In this document: positions 40,079 through 52,944 of the stretch, one piece after another
Layout of the letters: each line of letters begins with the position of its first letter
Numbering within the stretch: position 1 is the first letter of the stretch
Source: Octopus sinensis
Lineage: Eukaryota
Length of the DNA stretch: 64,000 nt
Assembly (NCBI RefSeq): GCF_006345805.1
Contig: NC_042999.1
Coordinates: 137,888,001 to 137,952,000, forward strand
Reading direction: 5' to 3'
Notes under the pieces: model-generated
Seen by the model: the letters and a program-made list of their open reading frames with translations, nothing else
Databases searched by the model: none
What the model was told of the DNA's origin: nothing
Program-made: the position numbers and the translations under genes

Positions 40079-41638
40079 ATTGTTTTGAGCTGAGTAGGGG
40101 TGTGATAAATTCTGATTGCTAAATGTAGATAGACCTCATGGAAGAGGAAAATCCAGGAGAATATGGGATAAAGTTGTAAAGACATAATGTTGAGCCTTAA
40201 ATGAGGTAATAAAGGACCAAGATGATTGGTAATTTATTGTACTTGAGAAAACCCATCTGTGTTGGCAAAAATGAGGTCCTAAAAGCATATTACTTATGTT
40301 TATGCTCCTGCACCCAAAATGTCCCTGTCAAGCTTTTCAAATACCCATCTCTCCATAACTCTTCTAACTATGGCATTATTCATTCAGCATTATATGAAAG
40401 CAGAACTACACATATTTCAACCCCTTGGAACCACTTTCTTTTGTCACCCATCCTGCATTCTCATTATAATTCCTTCCCACTTTATTTTCCAATAAACACG
40501 CTTTTCCCAGTCTACACATTATGATTGCCTTACTTCATTCTTAACACTCTCATATTCATTATCATTCTCAATATCTTCTTATTTCTGCTGCTGACAATAC
40601 CACTCACCTCTCTCTATACACATCACTCATTATGTAGATCCCTACATACTTCTAATCACCATCTCTGTCACTGTCTCCCCCTCCTCCTGACACACACATC
40701 TCCCTATTTCTCGCTTATGTTTTGATTATACTGCTGCTTTCTTCTGCTTTTTGTACTATCATTTATCATCTCCTCCTTCCTGACCCATTCCTATTTCCTT
40801 CATGTTCACCCACAAACTAATATTCACCACCAACCACAACCCTACCTCTGCTCACACTTTTCATTACTTTTAACTCTATCCTCATCTCTAATCATCTATT
40901 CACTCTCCTTTCACACTCTCACAGACTTACTCATCCACCCTTCCAGATCTCTATCTCTATTCTTTCTTTCTAGCTGGGGTAACCATGCATCTCCTCTACA
41001 GCAAGACACCTGTTCCTCTATCTCTATCATATGTTTGCCTCTCAACATCTGGAATAATGCTTCCCTCTGTACTACAGCCCCACTTAGTCCAGGAGGATTG
41101 TCTTCCAAGTACCCTGAAAAAAGCTTTCATTCTCAATCTGTAGTATTATAGGAAGGTATCAGACGAAAAGTGTGCAGTGTGTAGTAAGTGCCTTAAAGGA
41201 AGTACAGAAACCAAGTTTACCTGCTACTGTGGTCATAATTGCCGTAGAAAATGTAATCATGACACACTAATAAAAAAAGAAAACAAAAACCGTGGTGGCT
41301 GCATTGCGGGTGATGAAACTTTTGCAAGTAAGTTTGAAAGTTAAAGGAAAAATTTCGAAGTTTGATAAGCTTTTTATCTTCCTGTTGATCGATATTTAGT
41401 TAACTCCTGGTGATTGATGGAGGTTGGAGTGTGCATTTCATTTGCGTGGCTGCAAGAAACTATGTTGGCAGCAGAACCTCAATTTGTTCTGAGTGGGAAA
41501 ATTGGTTAGGTTTTTCATGACATCACTCAATTTGAAAATTCCTATTTTCTTGTTTACTAAATTTTTCTATTTGAAAAAATAAATGTTATTTAGGACATTG
41601 TTCATGCGTTTGTACTGGTTTTAGATTTAAGGTTTTAT

Positions 41639-41765
41639 GGTTAGGGTTTCAGGGTTAGGTTTTTAGGGTTAGGGTTTTAGGTTTAGGGTTATAGTGTTAG
41701 GGTGTTAGTGTTAGGGTTAGGGTTTCAGGGTTAGGGGTTAGGGTTAAGGTTTTAGGGTTAGGGTT
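41639..41765 (+). repeat. Degenerate interstitial (TTAGGG)n-like block inside a dispersed repeat
   Basis: About 20 imperfect units (TTAGGG, TTTCAGGG, TTAGTG), preceded by non-telomeric repeat sequence from ~41515. Confidence 0.8.
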
Positions 41766-44199
41766 GTCATAAATAACAGTGACAAACGAAAAATACACTG
41801 CTGGAAGTTCTGGAAGTAATTTTATTCAGCTGAATACACGTCATTGATTGGTTGAAATTACCGAAATAGGACTACTTTAATGTGAAATTACTAACGTGAA
41901 ATGCCAAGAGTAAAAGATGTTTTATATGACACATTCTACCAGTGTCCGAAGTTTGAAAGTGTTTTGTTACAAAAAATTATTTTTTAAATCTGTAGGTTAA
42001 AAGGTAAAGATCCTCCAAATATTGGGATTCCCTTGACTACGAAAGTAGTTTCACGGATCTTATAGATTTTAAAATTAATTTAAAATTAATTTGAAACTTC
42101 GGATACTGGTTGAACTTGTCAGAGGTTTTTCTATTCTGTACATAAAAAAGTTTGGTTACTTTTTCTAGCAGGTCATGCAATCACATACAGGCCTTGTTGT
42201 TGGTCTGTCTCAGTAATAATTTTGTTGTTATTTAACCACAAGTCAACCCTGATTCAGCAAACCTATCATCAAAGATATTCCAGCCTTCAGCTAACCGTCT
42301 TTTTAGGGATAATCTAGGAGATGAAGTACAATGAGCATGTGATTTAGGTATGGGGATACTTTGGCTGCTATCTTTAGCGAGTCGAGCGACCAGGTAGAGG
42401 CTCTTTCATTGGTATGGATCCAGAAGTTGATGTTTGCAAACAGCAGCAGTAATTTTCTTCAGCTGAATACACGTCATTGATTAGTTGAAATTACCCAAAT
42501 ATGACAACTTTAACACGAAATAACTTCTAAAATACCAAATTTTGTCAAAAACGTTAAGAGTAAACCCTGTTCTATGTGACACATTCTATCAGTATCCGAA
42601 ATTTCAAAGTGTTTAGTTAAAAAAAAATAATAAAAAAATCTGTTCGTCAATTTGAATAGATCCTTACATTGTCTAATATGCTTTTCCTTCCCCACCCCCA
42701 TCCTGAGACTGTTTCTAGCAGGCTAAGCAATCGTAATCACTATTCCTGTCTTTGTAAGAGTTGTTCCCCTTGTAACTAGACAACCGCCATTATTCAAAAC
42801 AAAATAAACGTGACGGAACACGATTTTTCAGCAATTTATTTGCATTTATTCCAAAATTTCATCTATTCCATGCCAATGTTTCCACTTCACGGTTAAAGAT
42901 ATTGCAGCCAATCACCACTATGGCAGATTCGGGAATGGTATAAAACAGTATTTAATTCATTCATTTAAAATATCTACTCAGCAATTTATTTTCCTTCGTA
43001 AAATTACTTCAGACACTCCATCTGTTGCTTTTCTTTATTTATGCTATTTTGTTTTCTAAACCCCGGATAAAAAAAAATCAGTAATTCGTCTCCACCTTTT
43101 CAAACTAACAATAATTTACATTAACAATATTTTTCTAAAACGTTTTATCCGGTCATTCAGAATATAAGTTTATTTGACAGACGTTACACCTGAAGCGTTT
43201 ATGTCGCGATTCTTCAATATTTTGCCCTTAGTATTAACACTATTTTCAGTTTTTTTTAAAGAAATGTTTCTTCTACTCTTATAAATAAACTCATATTTTC
43301 CAAAGCTCGTTGTTTAGATGATTTCAGATACAGGTGAAAGATTCTATTGAGACAAAATAATTGACCTTAACAGAATTCTCATAGTTTTCCTAAATAATGC
43401 TGATGTTTGCGAACAACTTCTGGGTCCATACCAATGAAAGAGCCTCTACCTAGTCGCTCGACACGTTAAAAATAGCAGCCAAAGTATCCCCATACCCTAT
43501 TATTTCCTAAATAATTTAATATAATATTATTATTTTATTTACAATTTTCGACTTTAAATCTCTATGTATAAACGTATGAGTAATGCTCTACTTTTTTGTG
43601 TTCCTTTCAAAAACATTAACGGAGTTAAGTGAAGTTAAATTAGTTACCACCAGAAATTGAAGCTGTAGATTTTGTGTGTTGATGTCTTTTGTACAGAACC
43701 CCTGTCTGTCATTAATGCGCGTGAATGCTAGCACACTCACACTCTTTCATGTACGAGCAAAAGAACTACATTTTAAAATGTTTACTTCATCTACCGCCAT
43801 AACTTTCGTTTCCAACCTTTAAAGTGTGCTATAACTCACCATCATTATTGATATTGTACCTGGTTTAACAAATTTAATACAGTTATTGAGATGTTCCGCT
43901 AGAAATAGCAACCAAATCTCTCTGCCCACTCTTCACTCTTTTCACAGAAGGAAGGATACACTTGATAATCTCGTCCTAGACATTGCTCGAAGGAATATAG
44001 CTTAATAAGAGATGACTTAGACCGAACAACAACTGTTTTAGGTATTAATTGGATCAGACATCCTTCACTGGATAATACGACAGCAAGTATCCCAACTAAT
44101 TTCATAAGGATATTAACTGTGGGCACCAATTATGTTATCTACATTAACTTTATTTGACTGTTTGTGATAATTTTCAATAAAACACTAATTGTCATGAAG

Positions 44200-45400
44200 T
44201 TAATTTAACTAACAACCGATTAGTTTGAAGATCCGTTGTTCGAGGATTATGATCAAAATGTTCCCGCGGTTACGAAGAGGTTTAATAAATATATTTATGA
44301 TGATGTGCTTGTTGAAGAACTCTTTTACTGAAGAAAATTTTAAGCGTTGACAGTCATTAAAGAAGCGAGAACAATTGTCAGTTTATTTCGTTGGTGAGCT
44401 GAACTGTTGAAGATTAGGTGTTATAGTGATAGCCAAATCTGCAGTTAGTGCAAGTGATACTGACCCTATCTCGTTAGTCAGTGTTTTTTGAATTACTTCA
44501 GAATTATGTTAAAGAGGAATATAGTGAATTGCAGTTAATCAATGATACTAAGACACGATAGAATAGTTTATTTGCAGAGTTAGAACAGTTCTTCTTTAAA
44601 ACTTATATTGCAAAAATATCATGCGACTACAAAACGTTTAATACATTACAACATTGAAACTGATTAAAATTTGTGTTGAAAAACTTTGTCGAAGGGACGT
44701 AACCCTGATTTCTGCAGAAAGCATATTTTTTAAATTTTAGAATTGAATCAACTAAATACTCCCATGTCCCTCTTGTCAAGAGACTGTGTCGAAAATGAGA
44801 AATGAAAAGCAAAATAATTTTATCTGAGAGAATTGATGAAATATTTAAACAATCCTCTTTTAATTTTTAGATGCACTCAACTGTTAGAAGAATCCTCTAT
44901 TTCCTATTCTAATTCTGAATTCATGGTAATTGAAGCAGCCACTTCATCGAATGAAATGTCCTGCTACAAAGATTAAATATTGCCATTAATAAATGAAACC
45001 AGTCAAGAGAGCATTCAGTTATTTTGTGACCCCCCCCCCCAAAAAAAAAGAATAAGACATTGAAAAGATGAAAGTATTTGAAAGAACTGGACATAGAGGT
45101 GTTAACTTGTAGAAACTTTTTTGCTCTTTCTACTATTTCTCCAACTTTGAAACAGAGAATGCCTTTTCTGTACTTGAACTCTTAGTTACAAAACTGTCAT
45201 CTTGTTTGAATGAAAACACCATTAATGATATCTGCTTCAGGATTTCTTTGTTTCTGAATTATTGGTTTTTATGCAAGTATCCGTGTTTTTTAATGGAACA
45301 AGTTTTTATGGTCATGTGTCTTGCTCTGTAGTATCCAACATAACTTTAAATCATTAAATTAAGAAAGTAAAAAAAATGGAAAATAAAGATTGCTGTCTAT
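44200..45400 (+). mobile_element. hAT transposase relic
   Basis: With one frameshift reads ALSTISPT-ETENAFSVLELLVTKLSSCLNENTINDICF, resembling the hAT dimerisation motif; upstream VIKEARTIVSLF. Confidence 0.6.
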
Positions 45401-45489
45401 TCTTGGGAACTTAGAATGTGATACTCTTGTAGTTATGCAACCAAGGCTTAACCTTGATCACTCCAATTTTCTTGTGTTACAGGGTAAAC

Positions 45490-46545
45490 ACAGTTGATTT
45501 GCTTGCAGTGTGCATCAAGGAAGAACAGATCAGTGATTCATTTTCTTGAGTCTGAAGGTGTATCAAGGGCTGAAATTCATTGTAGGCTTTCGATACAATA
45601 CAGGGACAGCACTATTGTATAGAAGTGTGTATGAGTGGATCAAGAAATTTAAAAATGGTCAGACAAGCAAGAAGCATTAAGAGATAGTAGGACACCCATC
45701 AACCTGCAAACTGAAATGAAGATTTAATATGCTTGAGAGATGGTTCTGGTGAACTGATGAGTGACCATCAATGAGCTGGCATGCTCTTTACAAATTAGTT
45801 ATGGTTCTGCATATGAAATCATCCACAACAAGCTTCACTTTTATAAAGTTTGTGTGGGATGGGTGCCGAGAGAGGTTACTGAAGTGCATATTTACATTTA
45901 TGTTGAGATATGTCACTGCTTACTCAACTGCTACAATGATGAAGAGGAAGCTTTTTTGGAGGGAATAGCCACAGGAGATGAGACCTAGGTCCATTACTTT
46001 CAACTAGAATCCAAAAGATAGAGTATGGAGTGGAAACACCTGGAATTGTCAGCGAAAAAGAAATTCAAGACAGAAAAAAGTGATGCTAATGGTTTTTTTG
46101 GAATGCAAAATGGTCTGTACTAGAACATTATTTGGAAAAGGGGTCTGCAGTCACCATTGTAGGCTACAGTGAAATGCTGGCCAACAAACTGAAACCAGCA
46201 ATTCATACCAAAAGTTGAAGTCCGTTGTCGAAGTGTTACTGTTGCATGACAATACATGCCCACATATAGCTGTCAACACCATTGAAACCACTGACTGAAA
46301 AATTGAGGTTTGATTTTCTGGAACATCCTGCATACAGTCCAGATCATTCTCTTCTGACTATCACCTCTGTGGACCACTCAAACATCCTTTACAAATTCAT
46401 AGATTTGATATGGATAAAGTGCAGGAAGTGGTGCATAAATGGCTGCATGACAAACCATAAACGTTCTTCTTTAATGGAATTAAAGGTTGTGGACTGCTGG
46501 AAGAAGTACATTATAAAAGCAAGGAGACTATGTTGAAAAATGAAG
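45490..46545 (+). mobile_element. Degenerate mariner transposon
   Basis: CIKEEQ.SVIHFL..EGV; WVPREVT; IATGDET; HDN..PH; HPAYSPD motifs, with stops and frameshifts. Confidence 0.88.
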
Positions 46546-46726
46546 TGATTCTTCAACCCACTGCTTTTGTTTTAATAAATTACAGAAACATGAATGTGTT
46601 TAATTTTTTACTTGCTCTTGTATGTTTCTGATTTCCTGGAAATGACGAGCCTCCAGGAAATTGAGAAGCCTTGGTTGAGAGAAATTTATATTGTGATGAT
46701 AATGATGAAGTTCTGTTTCTTTATAG

Positions 46727-49444
46727 AGAGATCCTTGCCTGGAAAAACATTTCAAAGGACACAAAAATGGTGTCACATCAGTGGCTTTTAGCCCTACCAT
46801 GAAGCAGTTAGGTAAGCATTTTTTTTTTTGTTTTTGGTTCATTGAGTTATATTTTGTTTTCATTTTCTGTTTCATAGCCAGAAAATCATCATCATCATCA
46901 TTCTAAGTCTTCATTTTCATGTTAGTATAGGTTGGGCAAGTCCATCATAGTATCCAGTCTTTTGTTAAAGTTCTTTGTCATCTTTATGAAGTTCAGCTTC
47001 CTGATATCAGCTTTCATCAACTCTTCTCATATCTTGCTCAGTTTTCCTTTTTCATATGATCCTTCCACTTGGGTACATCTTTACCGCTCATCTTTTATAT
47101 GCATCATATATCCATACCAGCACAGTCTGCTCTCTAACATGCTACATCTGATACCACTTGTACTTTTTTTCAACTCATTTCTGCTTACTCACACACACTC
47201 ACATTATGCATCCAATAGGGTGTGCTTGCTTAATTTCTTTCCAGGTTTTGTATGTTTCTGCATTTAATACTCTTGTTTTGCTAACATACAACACTACACT
47301 TCATACACAAGCATCATATAATCTGCCCTTCACTTGGAAAGAGAATCCCCTTCCTGCCAGCCCAGCAGAGGTAATATCTCCCTGAATTTTTCCCCACTAG
47401 CAAATTAGGTTACTTAAGTAATAGATGCTGTCACCTACTTCTAGGAAGCATTTCAAGTATTTGAAAGACTAATTTCATGCGTGCTCTTACTACTAACTAC
47501 TGTGTATTTCCTCTCTCAGGCTAACTGTGATTCCACTGCATCTCTTTTGATCCTATAGTTTATTAGTTCAGAGTTCATAGCTTCTCCCTTCCTGTATTTT
47601 GAACATTATTGTCTTCCTTTTTTTTCTGCTAACAAGAACTTTTGTCTTTGATTGGCTCAAAACTTCTTGTTTCTGGTCTTTGTATCCATATTTGGAACAA
47701 ATATCTCTAATTCTTTGATAGATTCATCTATGAGAACTATGTTATTCATACAGAAGTATCAATGGACAGCTAGTCTTAACCCTTTTGTTACTGTATTTAT
47801 TTTGAGATGCTCTGTGTTTCTTTTAATTACTTTAAATATAACAAAGAATTTAGTAAAATAACTTTATTATCATTCAACTAGTGTTTGGAACATAAATTGT
47901 GACTAAGATTTGGTGGAAGATTTATATCAACACTTATGAAAATAAGACATTTGTACTCAAAGCCAGGGCCGGTTTCAGCCAGGTTGGTAATGAAAGGGTT
48001 AAACTCCTCTATTATAACCTGGAGAATTAAAATAAATAAAGTAGGGTGATGAAAACCTTTTGGCATGTTAAATTCCTCATTGAATTCCTTGCTAACTCTT
48101 GTTCTGTTGACAGCATCTCTGTACATTGTTTGCATGACTCTAATATGCCATTCATCTATTTTTAGCAACTATCTGATTACAGAGCATGGCCTTCTCCGTG
48201 TTGCTAGGAATTGTGGTTTATTCATTGCTAAAAACATCTGTAATTCTTTTTGTTACTTTCATAATTTGGTCCATTAACTTGGCGCCATTGAAGTTGCTTC
48301 TCCTTTGCCCTTGTAATAGTTGGTAATTTTGCTACCTCACTCACTGGGAATGATTCCTTCCTATACTGTGTTAGGGACTAGCTCATGATCTACTCAACTT
48401 GATAGTTTCAGCATTTCAGTGACTCTCCTCCACAGTCCAGTTGGATATTCCTGGCCTTATTTTTTCCATGTGATGTTCACGATGTCTCCAGTATCTTTTG
48501 AATGTATGCAGTTTTTTTAACCGTTTGTGTTATATTGTCTGTGCCGTCAATCCATAGTGTAGCTGATACTAATGCTTGGTATGCTTTGAGCTTCACTTGG
48601 ACTATATGTGCTTGCTGTCAATCTATTTCTTTACTACCCACAAGGGGCTAAACACAGAGGGGACAAACAAGGACAGACAAACGGATTAAGTCGAATACAT
48701 TGACCCCAGTGCATAACTGGTACTTATTTAATCGACCCCGAAAGGATGAAAGGCAAAGTCGACCTTGGCGGAATTTGAACTCAGAACGTAGCGGCTGACG
48801 AAATACTGCTAAGTATTTCACCCGGCATGTTAACGTTTCTGCCAACTATATGTGCTTGCTGTCAACCTGCCAGATGACTAGTGGCTTTGATCATCTTGTG
48901 TTCAAGTTCATGCCTAAGCCTATCCGTCATTACTGAGTGTACTACCCAGATAGGAAAAGGGACATGCCTCTACAAACTCCTGTCTTTTGATAGCACTTCA
49001 CTCAGTTTGCCTTTCTCAGATTTGCATACCTCCAGAATTCTCTCCCTATCTGCATTCACTCACTAACTTTAAGTAATTCAACTGTAACAACTGCTGGTGG
49101 TTCTGCAGCTTGACTGCTTTTCCTCAAACTCATTAATAAAAGTATAACATTTAAATGATTTTTATTCTTTGTAATTTTTGTATTGCAGTATCAAGTTCTT
49201 TGGATTCCAGTGTCATGATCTGGCATTTCAGTGATAAAATGCGTGCTTACCGATACTTAGGTCATGGAGTAAGTACAGTAGTTATAAATGAAATTTCTAT
49301 TTATAAAAGGCCAAGTCATGTGTAACCATTTTTATTCGTTTGTTTCGGACACTTTCTATAGAGATGTAGTAGAAAACTGTGCTGAGAGATATGGAAGAGA
49401 GTGAAAGTAAGTAGCATTTTAAAAGAGGTGGATTATATATATAT

Positions 49445-49490
<46 letters not shown>

Positions 49491-49499
49491 ATATATAGG

Positions 49500-49539
<40 letters not shown>

Positions 49540-52500
49540 TGGGGAAGATTGACAGTTGGCAAGAGAGACAAGATCTCATCGGCAGTCACCTAGCATTTAG
49601 GTGAGCAGTGAAATAACAGGGAGGGATGGAAGAAAGATGAAGACAAGAAGAGAACCTGAATAAGTAAAGTATGAGAGTAGAGGAGGAATTAAGGTAGGGA
49701 GAGAGATAAAAAATTAAAAGACTAAGGTGATAAAAAATGTAGTGGTATAGATAAAGAGGAGTGGAAATTCTGTATTATATCCAAGTGTCATCATCATTTA
49801 ATGTCTGTTCTCAATGCTGGCATGGGTTGTGTGGCTTAGTGGTTAGGGTATTTGGCTCATGAGCATAAAGTCGTGAGTTCAATTCCTCATGACACTTTAT
49901 GTCCTTGAACAAGGAGCTGGCAGAAACGTTAGCACACCCGGCAAAATGCGTAGCCATATTTCGTCTGCCGGTACGTTCTGAGTTCAAATTCCGCCGAGGT
50001 TGACTTTGCCTTTCATCCTTTCGGGGTCGATAAATTAAGTACCAGTTACCCACTGGGGTCGATATAATCGACTTAATCCGTTTTTCTGTCCTTGTTAGTC
50101 CTCTCTGTGTTTAGTCCCTTGTGAGTAGTAAAGAAATAGATACTTTATTTCATGTTGCTCCAGTCCATTCAGCTGGCAAAAATGTGTGGTACATGTATTT
50201 GAAAGGACCTTCCTTGTCACATTCTGTGTCATGCTGAATTTCCCTGAGAACTATGTTAAGGGTACATGTGTCTGTGGAGTGCTCAGCCACTTACACATTA
50301 ATTTCACGAGCAGGCTGTTCGCTTGATTGGATCAACTGGAATGTTTGTCGTAACTAACAGAGTGAGAGAACACTGTTTAATATTCAGAATTTGTCTAGAT
50401 AGAAGATTAATTGGAAGTAAATTTTTACTAGAAATATTAAACATTTTTTTACTAATTGCTATTTCTGCTTCAATGAAAATGTAGCATTCATAAGTCTTTA
50501 GCCCTTTTCTATTGACAAAATGTAATGATAAAAGGGCTTCAGAACCTACTGAATAGGAACTTCCATACCAGTTACTCAACTAGCTAGAAACAGCCGCCAA
50601 ATTTCTTTCATATCATGCTACTAACTTAAAAAAGGGATGTCTCAATAGATAATGTAGTTCTAGATACTTTATACTTGAATAAAAGATGGCATGGTCACTT
50701 GAATATTTTTGATCACATCTGTACTTGGTCAGGTCTGATCTGATGTAACTTGATTGTTTGATTGGTCAGAGACTTAACAAATTTTATAAATACTCTTTAA
50801 CAACACTGCAATGTTCATGTATGAGAAACCTGTTTTAAATGTGTTAAACATCATCATTGTCTTTTTATTTTCTAACAAATTATTTTATATTTTTTACAGG
50901 ATGCTGTTCTTCATGTATGTTTTTCTCCAAATGGAAATCTTATTGCATCAGCTTCACGAGACAAAACAGTTCGTCTCTGGGTTCCTTCTGTGTAATTATT
51001 AGAAATTATTTTTTTATGTGTAAAGAAAAAAGAAAATAATTTTAAAATATCAGTGGAAGCATTAAGTTTTAACAGTTTTCATTTACACAACTATTACAGA
51101 AAAAATTTTAAAATTGTTTGGATTAGAAATTATTTTTCTGTTATTATCATCATTTAAGGTTCATTTCCCAAGCTTGCATAGGTGAAATGAAATTTACTGA
51201 GGCAGATTTTTCTATTGTGGATACCTTTCTTGCCACCAAGCTTCACATGTTTCCAAGCAAGGAAATTTCTCTTACCTAGACATGTTTTTCATGGAAGATT
51301 AAAAATGAATAACTGCACTTTTATCACAATGATGCTCATTTACAACCATTGACTTGATGTCCAGACAAGGGTACACACACACACACACATGATGGGCTTC
51401 TTTCAGTTCTCACCTATTAAATTAGCTCACAAGGATTTGAATGTACCGGGGCTATAGTAGAAAATACTTGCCTAAAGTGCTGTGCAGTGAGACTGAACAC
51501 AAAACTACATGTTTAGGAAGCAAGATTTTATGCCTACTATTTAATTTTGAAAAGTGTCCTTTTGAAATTATTCTATTTTTTAAATTTTTATTTTGCTCTA
51601 TTGAATCAGAGATGGAGCATCGAAAATCCTAAGAAATCATACAGCTACTGTGAGAAGTGTGGACTTCAGTGGAGATGGAACGTTTATATGTACAGCATCT
51701 GATGATAAAAGTGTAAAGGTATACAATATTTCTACATTATCATTATTAGCATTGTTGAGTTATTTGAAGACTGGATTTTTGAAAATATTATCTACCTGAC
51801 AATAACCTATAATAATTCTCTCTTGTTATGGATTTCCTTTCTTGTGTATTTGTGTAGACAGGCAAGCATATGTATATGTATGCATGAACAAAAGTGAACA
51901 GAAAATGAACATTTTTTCTGTCTAGGTTAAACTGAAAGATCTGAGTGAGAGGTATCCAAAGTATTCACCAATATTTTTAGACAGTAAATATATTATGAAT
52001 GTATTGGTGCTTATTATCATAAGTTTTGGGTTTTGTTTGAGATCAATTACTCCAAAAGATACTTATATCTAGACTAGTAGGAGTTTATCAGGCAACTAAC
52101 TATATTTCTTCTGTTTCTTCTTCTTCTTGTAATATCTGCTTTCCATGCTGGCATGGGTTGGACGGTTTGACTGGCAAGCCAGGAGGCTGCACCAGGCTCC
52201 AGTCTGATCTGGCAAGGTTTCTACAGCTAGATGCCCTTCCTAACACCAACCACTCTGAGAGTGTAGTGGGTGCTTTTTACATGTCACTGGCACAGCACTG
52301 GCATCAACCTTGTTCATATGGTACAGTCAGGTGGTACTGTCATCAGCCACGACTACAATTGCACTTGACTCAACAGGTCTTCTCAAGCACAGAACATCTC
52401 CAAAGGTCTCCGTTACTTGTCATTGCCTCTGTGAGGCCCAGCATTCAAAGGTTGTGCTTCACCATCTCATCCCAGGTCTTCTTGGGTCTACCTCTTCCAC

Positions 52501-52893
52501 AGGTTCCCTCCACTGTTAGGGTGTGACACTTCTTACAGCTGTCCTCATTCATACGTAACACATAACCATTCCAGTGCAGTTGACTTTCGTGCACACCACA
52601 TTTGATGCTTCTTGTGTTCAACTTTTCTCTCAGGGCACTTGCACTCTGTTGTGTATGCACACAGACATTACATATTCAGTGAAGCATACTAGCTTGATTT
52701 CTTTCAAGCCTATACATGTCCTCAGCAGTCACGGCCCATGTTTGGGTCAACATTCGGCAGACTCTCTTTTTCCCATTCATTTTCTTTATTGAGCAACCTT
52801 TCATAGTGGCCATTGATAAATAAAGTTATTATCTGTTATTATACATCTGTTTTTTTTATAAACATAAATCTGTCCTGAAATATCTTACGCACC

Positions 52894-52944
<51 letters not shown>

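Noticed and set aside
41639-41765. True telomere or chromosome end
   Set aside because: Short, degenerate, and flanked on both sides by ordinary sequence with a gene continuing downstream.
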